From: Chiloscyllium plagiosum | Lineage: Eukaryota | Assembly: GCF_004010195.1 (NCBI RefSeq) | Contig: NC_057719.1 | Span: 68,748,622-68,812,621 of the forward strand | Direction: 5' to 3' | Length of the DNA stretch: 64,000 nucleotides | In this document: piece by piece, positions 1-11,800 of the stretch | Layout: each line of letters starts with the position of its first letter | Position numbering within the stretch: the first letter of the stretch is position 1 | Position numbers and translations under genes: made by a program | The notes under the pieces: model-generated | Databases searched by the model: none | Told to the model about the DNA's origin: nothing | What the model saw: the letters and a program-made list of their open reading frames with translations, nothing else

Positions 1-1800
1 AGGAAAACAAGCCTAGATCTCCCTGGAAGACAAAAGAAGTAAGAAATTAAGTTTAAGAAGAAAAAATGTACTTTTGGAAGGCGTTAGGGAGTAAACACAT
101 TCGCAAGCCAAGATGAGTGCAAAAGGTTTGAAAGGGAGCTGATAAAGTAAATGCGAGAAGAAAGAGAGGTTATGAGAAAACACAGGTAGTTAACATCGAA
201 AAAAGTGTTTAGAGCCTACTATAAGCACATCAATAGTAAAGGGTTTCTAAAAGGAGGTGTCAACTGATTGGGATGATCAAGGCTCTTACACTTAGAGACA
301 AGAAGTCTAACCAAGGTGGTAAGTGAATGCTTTTCATCCTTTTTACATACAAGACAGATGCCACCAGTCGTGGTAAGAGAAGAGAAAATTAAGTCATTAG
401 AAATTGATAAGTCTGAATGTAGTAACTGGAACAAGGTCAGTTAATTTGATCTCAGAGAACATGAGTTCCCTGATTGAACCAGTTTAACAGCCTCAGCTGG
501 CTGACAGATATAAACAGAAGAGTCAGGGGTTCTGTTCACTCCAGGAGCCAGCTCTGAGCTGGTAGGATCAATGTTATATACTGTGCACATGTAAATAAAG
601 GGTGACTTGGGAACGGGACACTGGTCTTTCAGAATTATTTCACAGAAGAATTAGATAAGCTGTCAGTACTTTAAATGAATAAGGCACCAGGACTGGATGG
701 AATATATCCAGGATACTGAAGGAGAATAGAAATAGCAAACGTATTATTAATAATCTTTCACTCTTGCTTGGATTTGGTATTGTGCCAGAGGACTGGAGAA
801 TTGTAAACAATACGTCTATGTTCAAAACAGTTTGTAAAGATTGACTCAGCAATTGACGATTACTTAGGAAGAATTTGGAGTATCTGTACTCTTGCTTTTA
901 TCAGATATATATCTGAGATAAGTCTTGGTGCACAGGGACAGTTTCAAAATTTGCAAATGGCACAAAGCTTGGAAGCATTGTAAACTGAGGAGGACAAGGA
1001 GAACTTCAGAAGAACGTTGCTACATTGGAGGGGGCAGTTTGTGATAGATAAATGGCAATGTAAACAAACATGAGGTGATGCATTCTGATACAAGAACATG
1101 GAGAGACAGTGAGAAAATAGTGTATAGGAGCAGAGAAACCTGGGGGTACACATGAGTGCATCATTAAAAGTGGCAGGACAGGTAGAGGAAGCTGTTAATG
1201 AAACAGACAATATTCTCGGCTTCATAAATGCAGGCATAGAATGCAAGATCAGGGTGGTTAAGTTGAACTTGTATAAGGCACAGGTTTGACCTTTGTTGAT
1301 ATTGTGTGCAGTTCTGGGTGCCACACAATGGGAAGGATATGATTAAGTGCAGAAGATATTTACAAGAATGGTCCCAGGGATGAGAAACTTCCATTATGAT
1401 AAAAGATTGCAGAAGTCGGGACTATTCCTCCTTGAAGAGGAGAAGGCTATGAAGATTTCACAGAAAATTTCAAAATGATGAGGGGTCTGGGAGAAAGTGT
1501 GACCACTCATAAACCATTTGAGACCCAGAAGGCTCAGTTTTAAAGTATTTTGCAAAAGAAATATCTGAGTGAGAAAACGCTGCTTCACACAGTGAATATT
1601 TGGGGTCTGGAATGTACTTCTTGGAAGTGTAATGGAGGCAGGTTCAACTGAGGCAATCAAGAAGGCCATTAGATAAAAATTTTAAAAATTATTTTAAATA
1701 GAAACAGTATGCAGGGTTTTGGAGAAAATGTGACACTACATTCAAATAAACAGAGACCAGTGCAACCTTTTGCACTATGACAATTGTCTGTTTCCATGAA
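1..1800 (+). mobile_element. Degenerate CR1 (HER1-like) LINE ORF2 and 3' end, interrupted by a solo LTR
   Basis: Remnant motifs such as GIVPEDWRIVN, FANGTKLG and YCVQFWVP with stops and frameshifts. Confidence 0.8.
418..642 (+). mobile_element. Solo LTR (Gypsy/ERV-like)
   Basis: TG...CA ends, TATA-like gatataaa (~507), aataaa (~594), near-perfect 5-bp TSD ctgaa/cagaa; interrupts a CR1. Confidence 0.7.
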
Positions 1801-1809
1801 GTTAGCTGA

Positions 1810-2600
1810 TTTAATGACACAGAGATAAATGGATTTGATTTAAAGCCATGGTAACCAAGGTTGTGCACTAAATGTTCCTAGGTACTTGACGTTTTGAAAA
1901 GAATGGCAAAGTAGAAAAGGAAGGAAGGGAGGGTTGCTTTAGGGGGGTGCACAGTAATGAGGCAGGATCTTGGCTCAGAAGAGTACGAATAAAATCAATA
2001 TTGCGGGAGATAAATAACAAGGAGCAGAAAATGCTGATGACAGTTGTTTACAGGTCTCTTAACAGTAATTATACTTTGGACAGTATATTCAAGAAAGGAG
2101 AGGAGCTTGTAATAATGCTGAACTTTAATCTTAATCAAATTAACAAAAGTGGTTCTGAGGACATGTTGTTGAAAAGATTTTGAGACAGGTTTCTGGAGCA
2201 ACATTATTTTAGATCTTGAGTAATGTAATAAAGCAGAATTAATTTATAATCTGAAGATAAAAGGATCCCCTGGGGAAAAGTGATCATAATATGAAAGAGA
2301 GAAACAGAATTAATGCTTTGAGTCCGAAAACTCTTCTTTGGAAGGCTTTCGATCTTTGGAGGCAGAAAAATGGGGTCTCCTGTATACTGATTAGACTCCT
2401 ATTCTGCAATTCCTTGTGTGTAAAAATAACAAATATAGGCCTCTTAAGCCGAGAAAGTGGGTATCGTACAAGGGAATAATGAAATGGCAAAGGTGTTTAA
2501 TGTACATCTTTTGTCTGTTTTCAAAATAGAAGCTGCAAAATATATACCTGAAATAGTCTAATCAGTGAAAAACTTTAAAGTCTGTGTGAATTTACAAAAT
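1810..2600 (+). mobile_element. Old CR1 fragment (endonuclease region)
   Basis: Degenerate VVYR.LNS, NFNL..IN and FLEQH motifs typical of CR1 ORF2 N-terminus. Confidence 0.6.
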
Positions 2601-2934
2601 ACAAGCACAAGTAGCTCCTCAAGCTTGCTTCACAAATCATAAATTCATGGCTCATCTGTTTGGGTTTCAAATACCATCCCTTTTGAAGTCCCTACCAACC
2701 TTTGATTCCCATGCCTAACAGAATCAATCTACCTCTGCCTTAAACATATATCTAATGGCTCATCTCCACCACCTTTTGAGGCAGATAGTTCCAAAGTCAC
2801 ACAACCCTCTCAAAGAAAACGAACCTTCATTTCCATCTTAAGAGGGAAAACTCTGCCCTCTAGTTCTGGACTGGTGCACATTTCCACCTTGCTAAGATTA
2901 TTCAGGGCCTTATACATTTCAGTGGAGCTGTATT

Positions 2935-4690
2935 TTACAAAATCAAAATAAAATGCTGGAAATGTAAATGAAAACAGAAAATAAGAAACTCAGCGGGTCT
3001 GAGAGCATCTATAGAAAGAGAAACAGAGTGAACATGTTGCGACTGATATGACTTTTCTTCAGAATTGAAAGGGGCTGGAGAATGGTGGTTTTTATCCTGT
3101 TGACAGAGGAGGATGAGGAGAAAGTGCAACAGATAGTGAGGGTGCCCATCTCAGAAAACAAAGGGAGTCCTATTGGCGGTAAAGAAAAGATAGACATTTA
3201 ATGGTTGGTGTCAAAAGGAGAAAATGGGTCCCCAAGGCAACAAAACATAAGCCAGACACAGCCATAGGGAGGAGAGAGTGTGCTTCTCACCAATATGGAG
3301 GACAGAGGTTGTGCTCTGAAGTGGTTGAACTTAATTTTGCATCTCCGAGACTGCGAAGTATCTGTGGAAAGTAAGCTGTTGTTCCTCCAGCATGTATTAA
3401 ATTTTGTTGGAACAATGTAGCAGGCTCAGCACAGAACTCTTAGCAAGAGAGCAAGATGGTTTATTTTAATGGCAAAAAACTGGGAGGTCAGGGTCATTCT
3501 TATAAACAGGGCAGAGATGTTCCACGTGGTGACCATCCAATCTGCATTCGGTCTCGTCAACATAAAAGATACCATAATGTGAGCAGCGAATACAGTAGAT
3601 TAGATTGAAAGAAATACAAGCAAAATGCTACTTCTCCTAGAAGGTGTTTTTTTTTCTCTTGGACAGTAAGGAGGTGGAGGTGAAAGGACAAGCGTTAAAC
3701 TTTCTGTGATTGTGTGGCAATGTGTCATAGAGGTAGGTGAGGAAGTGTTAGGAGTGATGGAGGAGTTGACCAGTGTATCTCAAAAACAATTGTTCCTGTG
3801 CAATGCTGACAATGGAGGGGAGGGGAAAGTTACTTAAGGAACGCTGTATTGCATTGGAGGCAATTCAAAGAATTTTCAGTAGATTAAATACAGAGATGAA
3901 AAACTTGACTTATGAGGAGAGATTGAGCAGTTTAGGCCTAGACTCAGTAGAGTTTAGAAGAATGAGAGAAGAGTTCATTGTGGTATATAAGATGCTGAAG
4001 GGGATTGACACAGTAGATGTGGAACAGATGTTTCCTCTTGTGGGCAGTCTAGAATGAGAGGTTGTAACTTTAGGCTAAGGCTGGTGGGTTTAAGATGGAG
4101 ATGAGGAATTACTTCGCTCAAAGAGTCATAAATCTGTGGAATTCATTACCCCAGAATGTGGTGGATACCAGGGCAGTAAATAACTTTAAGAAGGAGATAG
4201 ACAGATTTTTAATGAGTAATAGGCAAAGGATTATGGTAATCAAGCAGAAAAATAGAGGTGATGCTGAGAGGAGATCAACCATGATCATATACAATAGGGA
4301 AGCAGGCACAAGGGACTGAATTGCCTACTCCTTGCCCTAGTTCTTGTATACTCTGTGGTGACAAGCTGCTGGAAGTGGTAGAAATGGCCAAGAATGGTTC
4401 TTTGAATATGGGACTGGTGGGATGTCTAGTGAGGGCAAGGGGACCCTTGTTGTTCCAGGATGGAGTGGGGGGGAGGGGTGGTGGGAGGTGGTTGAGAGGA
4501 GGAGTGTGGGAAATGTATCAGATATGGGTGAGACCCTGTCAACCATGGAGGAACTCCCTCTCTTGAGGAAAGAAGAGACATTAGAGCCACCCCAGTAGAA
4601 TGTGGCATTATTGGAATTGATGAAAGTGAGGTGGAGAACTGGGAAAATGGAATGGAGTTGTTGGAGGAAGCTGGATGTAAGGAAGTGTAG
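2935..4690 (-). mobile_element. Penelope-like element remnant (GIY-YIG endonuclease and 3' pLTR), split by a CR1 at ~3830-4350
   Basis: Minus strand ~3510-3630 translates HFACISFNLIYCIRCSHYGIFYVDETECRLDGHHVEHL, a decayed GIY-YIG; 2935-3065 resembles the short PLE termini seen elsewhere in the window. Confidence 0.75.
3830..4350 (+). mobile_element. CR1 3' fragment nested in the Penelope remnant
   Basis: ORF track LTYEERLSSLGLDSVEFRRMR...YKMLKG and RVINLWNSLPQ. Confidence 0.85.
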
Positions 4691-5500
4691 TCAAGAGTTG
4701 GCTGCAGAGATTGAGAGAGCACTGGTTAAGATCTTCCAAAATGTCCTATATTTTGGGAATGGTCCAAGTGGGTTAGATAATTGCAGGTGTGTCACCATAA
4801 TTCAAGAAAGAAGGGAGAGAAATTAGCGAAGTACAGACCTATTAGTCTGATGTAGGTTTTTGGAAGAGTGCTGGAATTGAAGTGGCAAAAGGCATTGATA
4901 AAACTGTTACAAGATTTAGGCAGAACCAACATGATTTTGTGAAAGGGAAATGATTTGGAATATTGCATTCAATTCTGATCTCCTTCCTATTGGAAGGATG
5001 TTGTAAGACTTGCAAGGGTTTATAAGAGATTTACAAAGGTGTTGCCAGAGTTAGAGGATTTGAGCTATAAGGAGAGGCTGAATAGGCTGGGGCTGTTTTC
5101 CCTGGAGCATTAGAGGCTGAGAGTAACCTCATAGATGTTTATAAAATCATGAGGGGCATGGATAGGATAAACAGACAATGTTTTACCCTGGGGTGGGGGA
5201 GTCCAGAACTAGAGGGTTTAGGTTTAGATTGAGAGGAGAAAGATATAAAAGGGACCTAAGGGGCAACTTTTTCACACAGATAGTGGGACATGTATGGAAT
5301 GAGCTGCCAGAGGAAGTGGTGGAGACTGGTACAATTACAGCATTTGAAAGGCTTCTGGAGGGATATATGAATAGGAAGGATTTAGAGGGATATGGGCCAA
5401 GTGCTGGCAAATGGGACTAGATTAGGTTGGGATATCTGGTCGGCATGGACGAGTTGGACCGAAGGATCTGTTTCCATGCTGTACATCCCTATGACTCTAC
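4690..5500 (+). mobile_element. CR1/HER1 fragments including a complete 3' tail
   Basis: ESRTRG...FFTQIVGHVWNELPEEVVE; tail ggaccgaaggatctgtttccatgctgtac...tatgactct. Confidence 0.88.
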
Positions 5501-5643
5501 GTAATGTAAATCTATGGAAGTTTATTGAGGATGGGACTATGGGTAATATGTTAACCTGGATAGAAAAGAAATTATGAATATTTGGGTCAATCTACACAGC
5601 ACTGAAGTAACATGCATGTACATCAAAAAGTTAGAAAGGCATC

Positions 5644-5800
5644 CAAAAGAGAAAATGCTGGAAAATCTCAGCAGGTCTGGCAGCATCTGTAAAGAGAGAA
5701 AAGAGCTGTCGTTTCGAGTCTAACTGACCCTTTGTCAAAGCATTTCCAGCATTTTCTCTTTTGGTTTCAGATTCCAGCATCCACAGTAATTTGCTTTTGC
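5644..5800. mobile_element. Short Penelope-derived insertion with inverted ends and a degenerate hammerhead core
   Basis: ccaaaagagaaaatgctggaaa ... tttccagcattttctcttttgg inverted pair; minus strand TTGACAAAGGGTC...GACTCGAAAC; near-identical to 18060-18215. Confidence 0.7.
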
Positions 5801-6309
5801 TTAGTTTGAAAGGCATTTTCATTTTTATTACAAGAGGAATGGAGTACAAGAATAAAAATTTGACTGCAGTTGCCTTTGATGAGACCTGTACTTAAAGAAG
5901 ATTACACATGTGCTAATTGACCCTCATGATCAATCTTCACATCGAGACTGCTGAGAGATGAATTAGTCATGGAGGATTGCCACATTTTTGATTAATTGGC
6001 CAAGTTGACATTTTTAGTTCATTGTTTTAAGTTGTATTTAAAGTTGAATTCAATGCAGCAATTGTGCAATTAATTCAAGACAAACTGACTAGGAATGCCA
6101 GTTCAATGAAGAAGCTGACCAAAAGTGCTGTCACATTAAAGTAAAATTAGTATATATAATGCTCTCATTAAGTTTCAGCATTGAGGGAAGTTTCCTCCTG
6201 CTGAGCTCGAACAAGGACAATCTAGGTATTTAATGTGGAAATAGTACCAGACCAACAAAACTTAATTCAGATGGTTAGAATCAATTAGCTTTTGTTTTAT
6301 TGGTTTCTG

Positions 6310-7040
6310 AGTGTGGGTGTCGATGGAAAAAACAGAATTTATTGCCCATCACTAGTTGCTCTGGAGCAGGTGGTGGTGAGCTGCCTTTTTGAGACCCTGC
6401 TGTCTATTGGGTGCAGGAATTGGATTTGGACTCTAATGAGGTCAGGAGCTGTGTGGTTTTGGCAAAACCAAGGGCTTATGCCCTGAATGTAAGTTAGGAA
6501 GTTATTCCTTTCCAAGAGCTGCTTGACAGCACTGTCAACAACTCCTTCCATCGCTTTGCCAAAGATTGAGAGTAGACTAGCTGGGCAGTAATTAGTCAGG
6601 TTGAATTTGTACTGCTTTTAGTGCACAGAGAAGATCCAGGTGATTTTTCACTTTGTTGGTAGATACCAGTGGTTTGGCTATATGGAACAGCAAGACTATG
6701 GGTACAGCTCGTTCTGGTGCACAAACTTCAGTTTTATTGCTGGAATGTTTTCAGCGTCCATTGGCTTGATTGTATCCAATGCTTTGAGCAGTTGCTAGCT
6801 GTCGTATAAGGTGATCTGAATTAGGCTGAAGCTTGGCATCTATCATGCTGAGGACCTCTGGAAGAGGCCAAGATGAATCATCCAGTCAACACTTTTGGCT
6901 GAAGATGGATGAAAATACTTCAGCCTTGTTATTATGATGTGCCGTGTACCCGCACCGTTTATGACGTGGATATTGTGGATCCTCCACCTTTTAGTTGTCT
7001 AATTATCCATGACCATTCACGACCAACAAGACTGACAGAT
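6310..7040 (-). mobile_element. CR1/L2-group LINE fragment (second LINE family)
   Basis: 3' tail shared with 15490, 49930, 54020 and 63660; minus-strand MEGVVDSAVKQLLERNN is RT-like. Confidence 0.75.
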
Positions 7041-7160
7041 TTGAAGAATCTGCTACTCTATGAAGTGAGTTTAGCTCACTAATATGGGTAGAGTAGCATG
7101 TTTTGTTGTTCTGTGTTACAAGTAGAATGGTGGATGAATGTGGTCAGCAGAATATGCCCT

Positions 7161-7263
7161 TTGCTAAGGCTGGGGTGTTATGAGTTTTTGAGAGTGTAAA
7201 TGAAGCTTTAAAAGATTCACATCCAATCAAGTGGAAGGACAATAGGATTTTTAACAAACAACT
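7161..7263 (+). repeat. 103-bp local direct duplication, copy 1
   Basis: Identical to 8141-8243 except at 2 positions (7184/8164 and 7249/8229). Confidence 0.97.
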
Positions 7264-7663
7264 GAGGGTGCAGTAGATCAGAATATTTGCAAAACATAAT
7301 TATGAACATTTGTTTTCATCTGAAGTTTGTGTATTTGAATAATTTAAATGTTGCAAGTGTTGAATTTTTCAAATTTGTATCCACTCGATTTTGTTTTCCC
7401 CTCCACTCACCTGTCTTGAACTGGTTAGTATTAATACAGCAAAATAGATCACTGAATCATAGATCAGTCAGTTAGAGGGAGCTGATGGCCTAATGGTATT
7501 TTTGCTGGACTCTTAATCCAGAGACCCAGGTTCAATTCCCACCACTGGTAGCATTTCAATTATGAATAAGACAGCTTGCTAAAAATGGATTTCTTTGGAA
7601 ATGGAGTACATGTATTCTACAGCTCTATTTACTATTGCTGATGTAAATAAAAAAACAACTTTT

Positions 7664-7980
7664 GGGGCGGCATGGTGGCTGAATGGTTAGTACTGATGCC
7701 TCACAGCACCAGGGTCCCAGGTTTGATTCCAGCCTCGGGCGACTGTCTGTGTGGAGTTTGCACATTCTTCGCGTCTCTGCATGGGTTTCCTCCGGGTGCT
7801 CTGGTTTCCTTCCACAGTCCAAAGATGTGCAGGTTAGGCGAATTGGCTGTGCTAAATTACCCATAGTGTTAGGCACATTAGTCAGAGGGAAATGGGTCTG
7901 GTTGGGTTATTTTTCGGAGGGTCGGTGTGGACTTGTTGGGCAGAAGGGCCTGTTTCCACACTGTAGGGAATCTAATCTAA
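7664..7980 (+). mobile_element. HE1-type tRNA-derived SINE, full length
   Basis: GGGGCGGCATGGTGGCTGAATGGTTAG A-box, GGTTTGATTCC B-box, gtgtggagtttgcacattct core, CR1-like tail and (TCTAA)n. Confidence 0.92.
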
Positions 7981-8140
7981 GAAACAATTACATTGAAAAT
8001 TTACTGAAAACTGTCATCAGTTTTAATTTTACATGTATGATTTATGTTAGATTTACAAAGCACTGAGGCAAGTTATTATGCTGTATTGGCTGGGGCTAGT
8101 TGACTCAACATAGAGAGTTTATCGAACCAGGGAATGTACG

Positions 8141-8243
8141 TTGCTAAGGCTGGGGTGTTATGAATTTTTGAGAGTGTAAATGAAGCTTTAAAAGATTCAC
8201 ATCCAATCAAGTGGAAGGACAATAGGATGTTTAACAAACAACT
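8141..8243 (+). repeat. 103-bp local direct duplication, copy 2, abutting the U1 retrocopy
   Basis: 101/103 identity to 7161-7263; U1 homology starts at the next base. Confidence 0.97.
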
Positions 8244-8358
8244 CAGACGAGTATCCCGCATTTGTGGACACTGCAGGCCTCAGCACAGCCGAAGTGCAAT
8301 GGGATAGCCTTGTCCTGGGAGAACAACCTTTTTGATCATGGTATCTCCCCTGCCAGGT
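8244..8358 (-). pseudogene. RNU1 (pseudo): U1 snRNA retro-pseudogene, truncated before the Sm site and lacking the first ~6 nt
   Basis: Minus strand reads ACCTGGCAGGGGAGATACCATGATCA...TCCCAGG...CCATTGCACT...GTGCTGA...CAAATGCGGGATACTCGTCTG, colinear with U1 nt ~7-121. Confidence 0.93.
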
Positions 8359-8698
8359 CAGAGGTTTGCTCCTTTTATAGATGAAGGCATTTTGTTTTGT
8401 TTGTATTTTTTAAATGTGGAGTTTTTTTTGAAGAGTTGCTCAGCAGAAACTGATGAATTAAGTTTGAGTACTTTTTTTAAATAATTTAATCTTTTAACTT
8501 TTGCATGGCAAACTGCCTGAAAAACTGGTTAGGACTGATAAACTCACTCAGCTAAAGGGACTAATGATATTTAAGCTGAAAATTTCCCTTCCATGAGCAA
8601 CAAGGGAAATAACAAGAAAGTTTGTGTCAATTCTGCGAGCAACAGTTGGAGTTTTGCTTGGAGAAAAGAAATTCTAATTTTCTCCTTGAATTTTAATT

Positions 8699-8817
8699 CC
8701 TGAAGAAGGCCTCATGCCCGAAACGTCGATTCTCCTGCTCCTTGGATGCTACCTGACCTTCTGCGCTTTTCCAGCAACACATTTTCAGCTGTGATCTCCA
8801 GCATCTGCAGTCCTCAC
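8699..8817 (+). mobile_element. Short Penelope-derived insertion with minimal hammerhead motif
   Basis: CTGAAGA-AGGCCTCATGCCC-GAAACGTC; flanked by 20-bp direct repeat tttctccttgaattttaatt (8679-8698 and 8818-8837). Confidence 0.85.
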
Positions 8818-11800
8818 TTTCTCCTTGAATTTTAATTGCCAAGTTCAGAATCTCATTATCATGCAGGAATTTCCATGCACTCGCAACTCATTATTAACCG
8901 AATTTGCCTCATTTCTCTGCAGCTTGCAATTCTCTTCTCCTTCCCTGAGAAACTAAATGGGACCAATTCCCAACAAATTCAGAGAGTGGTTACCTGGTGA
9001 AAACACCTCTCCAATTGCTTATTTGGATCATCACCACAATATTCCTGCTCCATGGATACTGTCCGCCTTCATCCTTTGTGCATGCAAATGGGCAATATCA
9101 GACCACTTCATCAAGATACCACATTATCATGGCCAGTTTGGATCAACTCTCTCAGTACTTTAGCCCTTCAGAGACAAGTATGACTTGTATGTTTCTGCCA
9201 GATCACCTGGCACTCAGATACACAAATACAGCCAATGCGTTGACCCAGGAACCATCTTATGGCTCTTCTTTTCATTTACTTTCCATGTACTTGGAAACTG
9301 CTGTGGATTCAGTTTTATTTTCAGCAAAAAGATTACTCAGTGCTTCCTTACTTGCTATGGCTTACATCCTCAGTGGCTTGCACTGATTTATAGTGTAGGT
9401 AGGCAATGTGTCATGGTTCAGAGCACTGAACAGTTAAAGGATGGATACATCACTTATGGCACCATGCTGTGCGAATGCCACATCAGCATGTGGCAACATC
9501 TTAAACCACTGGCACATTCATGTGCTTCAACTCAATGCCCATGTGTGAAAGTCAAAGGAGACCATCCATTAAGATGATGAGGGGGGGCTACAGTCAATCG
9601 GGGGTACCACCACATTCAGTCTAGTGGCTCAACTGATTGCAGTGTGTGGGCAAGCCATGAACAGTTTGCAAAGTCATGGCTCCAGCGTAAATTTGTGATA
9701 TTAACAGTTTTATAATAGGGCAGAACAGAAATGCAAATGGCTGAAAGTTCAATGGGGTCACAGGTACAGATGGGGGAGTCAGCTTGGGTCTTGAACAGAG
9801 TCTGTAAATCAGTTATAAGGGAAACCTTGACATCTTTGATTCCCATATCAGCCTTCCAATATTGAAACAAAATTGCTGCCACCATGTGCAGAGTGGGCAG
9901 AGTGTTATTGTTTGCATTTGATGTCCTGTTAGGGGAAAGTTTTGTGCACTCACTGATTCAATATGTCAGCAATCTGGCATCAACTTGCACTTCATTGGCG
10001 GGCCGTTCATTGCCCAAAGAAAACATTACAAATTAAAGCCTCAAGCAATCATGATCATTACAGTGTTTGAATTAATTGCCTCCTTGTCATGTCATATAAA
10101 GAAATCAAATAGAAGCTAGTTTAAATGTCTCATCTGGGTTTGCTACTTCTCAATTACTTTTTCTGCCTGACATTGGAAAGCAATGTTTCAGAGCTGTTGT
10201 ATTCACACACTTTGCATGCAAGGACATGGTCTGTTATGCACCAAGGTGGCTTTCCCTGAAAAGGGAGTGCTATCGCAGTATTCCAAAAATGTAGCATGAA
10301 CACTTTGATTTTACATTGCACACCTGGATAAAGTTACACAACTCGCAGCTCCTCATAGAGGCATGACATTGGCTTCTTTGCAAAGCCTCCATGACACAGT
10401 GTGTCAGGGCATAACAACACTTAATTGTGATTGTTCTGATGACTGAGTCCTGAAGTGCTGTTTTCTTTCCAAAATTTCCCACAAACTCTCAGCTCATATC
10501 GCGACTGCAGTTGCTTGGTGACTTTGCTTCCCAGGTGCAGTGTAGAAGGAGTGAGCAATTACTACATCTGCTCCCCCAAAAAGGACAGCAGTCACCAATG
10601 GCTACTACGGTCTTCCAGAGGGAGAGGCAACAGGTGAAGATTCCCCATGTATGCGGAGGAGAATGATGTCTATAGACCTAGCTGTCTTTTTCTACAGCTC
10701 TTTGAAACAGTGCAGGCACAGACTAATGATGGTCCAGGTCGCTGTCACCGAACTGTGTCATCTCTCAGAGCAAGACTTGCCTTTGGAAAAAATGGAAGGC
10801 ATCCCATTCTGGTGTCCGTCAAGGTCTCAGCTGTTAGTTTTGGGGAGTTGTGATCACAGTTACTAAACATAGGATGTCGACCATTTGCAATCAATTTTTA
10901 GATAATTAATTGAGTTTATTAATGAGCCAAAAAATGTGTACAACCATGACAATTAGGGTTGGTTCACTGATTCCAGAGGGGAGACAGATTGATGGTATGG
11001 AATATGTCGGTCGTGTTAAATTTATGAAGACAGCCTCCTGCTTTCTAGCCAAGGTGTTAAGGAACTTTTCTCTGGGTCTCTCTCCTGTTCTTCTGGTCAA
11101 GCTTCTAAGCACCCTGATGAGGACTGCTTCAAACAAAGACTGTACCCTACCCTCGAGTACTTGCTGGTAAACCTGTTTCCAGAGCAGGTAGCTTACACTA
11201 CGTCAGTCAGTTACCTGATTCATTTTAGCAATGATCATACACAGCTACACATGACATCGGATGACCATTATCCCCTGCCCACCTCCACTTGAAGGTTAGT
11301 TTTCACTCTTTCCACGAACAAAACAGTCATATTTTCCAAATCACTGCATTCATAATAGGGTAATGTGGTACCCAGTAAATCTTTTATTTATGCTTTGGAA
11401 GGCTAGTTATGACTGTAACACAATTAAGTGATGTCTCAAGCTCCACAGGAAATGCTGAATGCGGAATATTAAAAGCACACCGTTTAAAGGGAACCCCAAT
11501 TTCCAAAATAGTTGCACTAAATTTTAATGCAAGCAGTTAGGTTCAAAGAGGGAAAAGCACTGCCCTCCTTGCACCGTCCTATGCACCTTAAAGGTCCTTG
11601 TTAGTAAAGCAAGGAACTAACTTCCCTTTTGGGCCATTTCCTTCAGCATATTCCTACCAGACTAAAGAGTGAAGAACAGTTCCTGACCTGCAGCACCTTA
11701 AGTGCTGGGGAGCCAGGGTTTAACTGTCATGGTGACAGTGTGAACTGCACAAAGTCCCAGCAAAGACAAGTATTCCCACTTCCCCTGCTGCGTGATTCAA

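Noticed and set aside
7664..7740. tRNA gene
   Set aside because: A/B boxes belong to SINE heads; there is no complete cloverleaf
8244..8358. Functional U1 snRNA gene
   Set aside because: Lacks the 5' ACUUAC splice-site-pairing end, the Sm site and stem-loop IV
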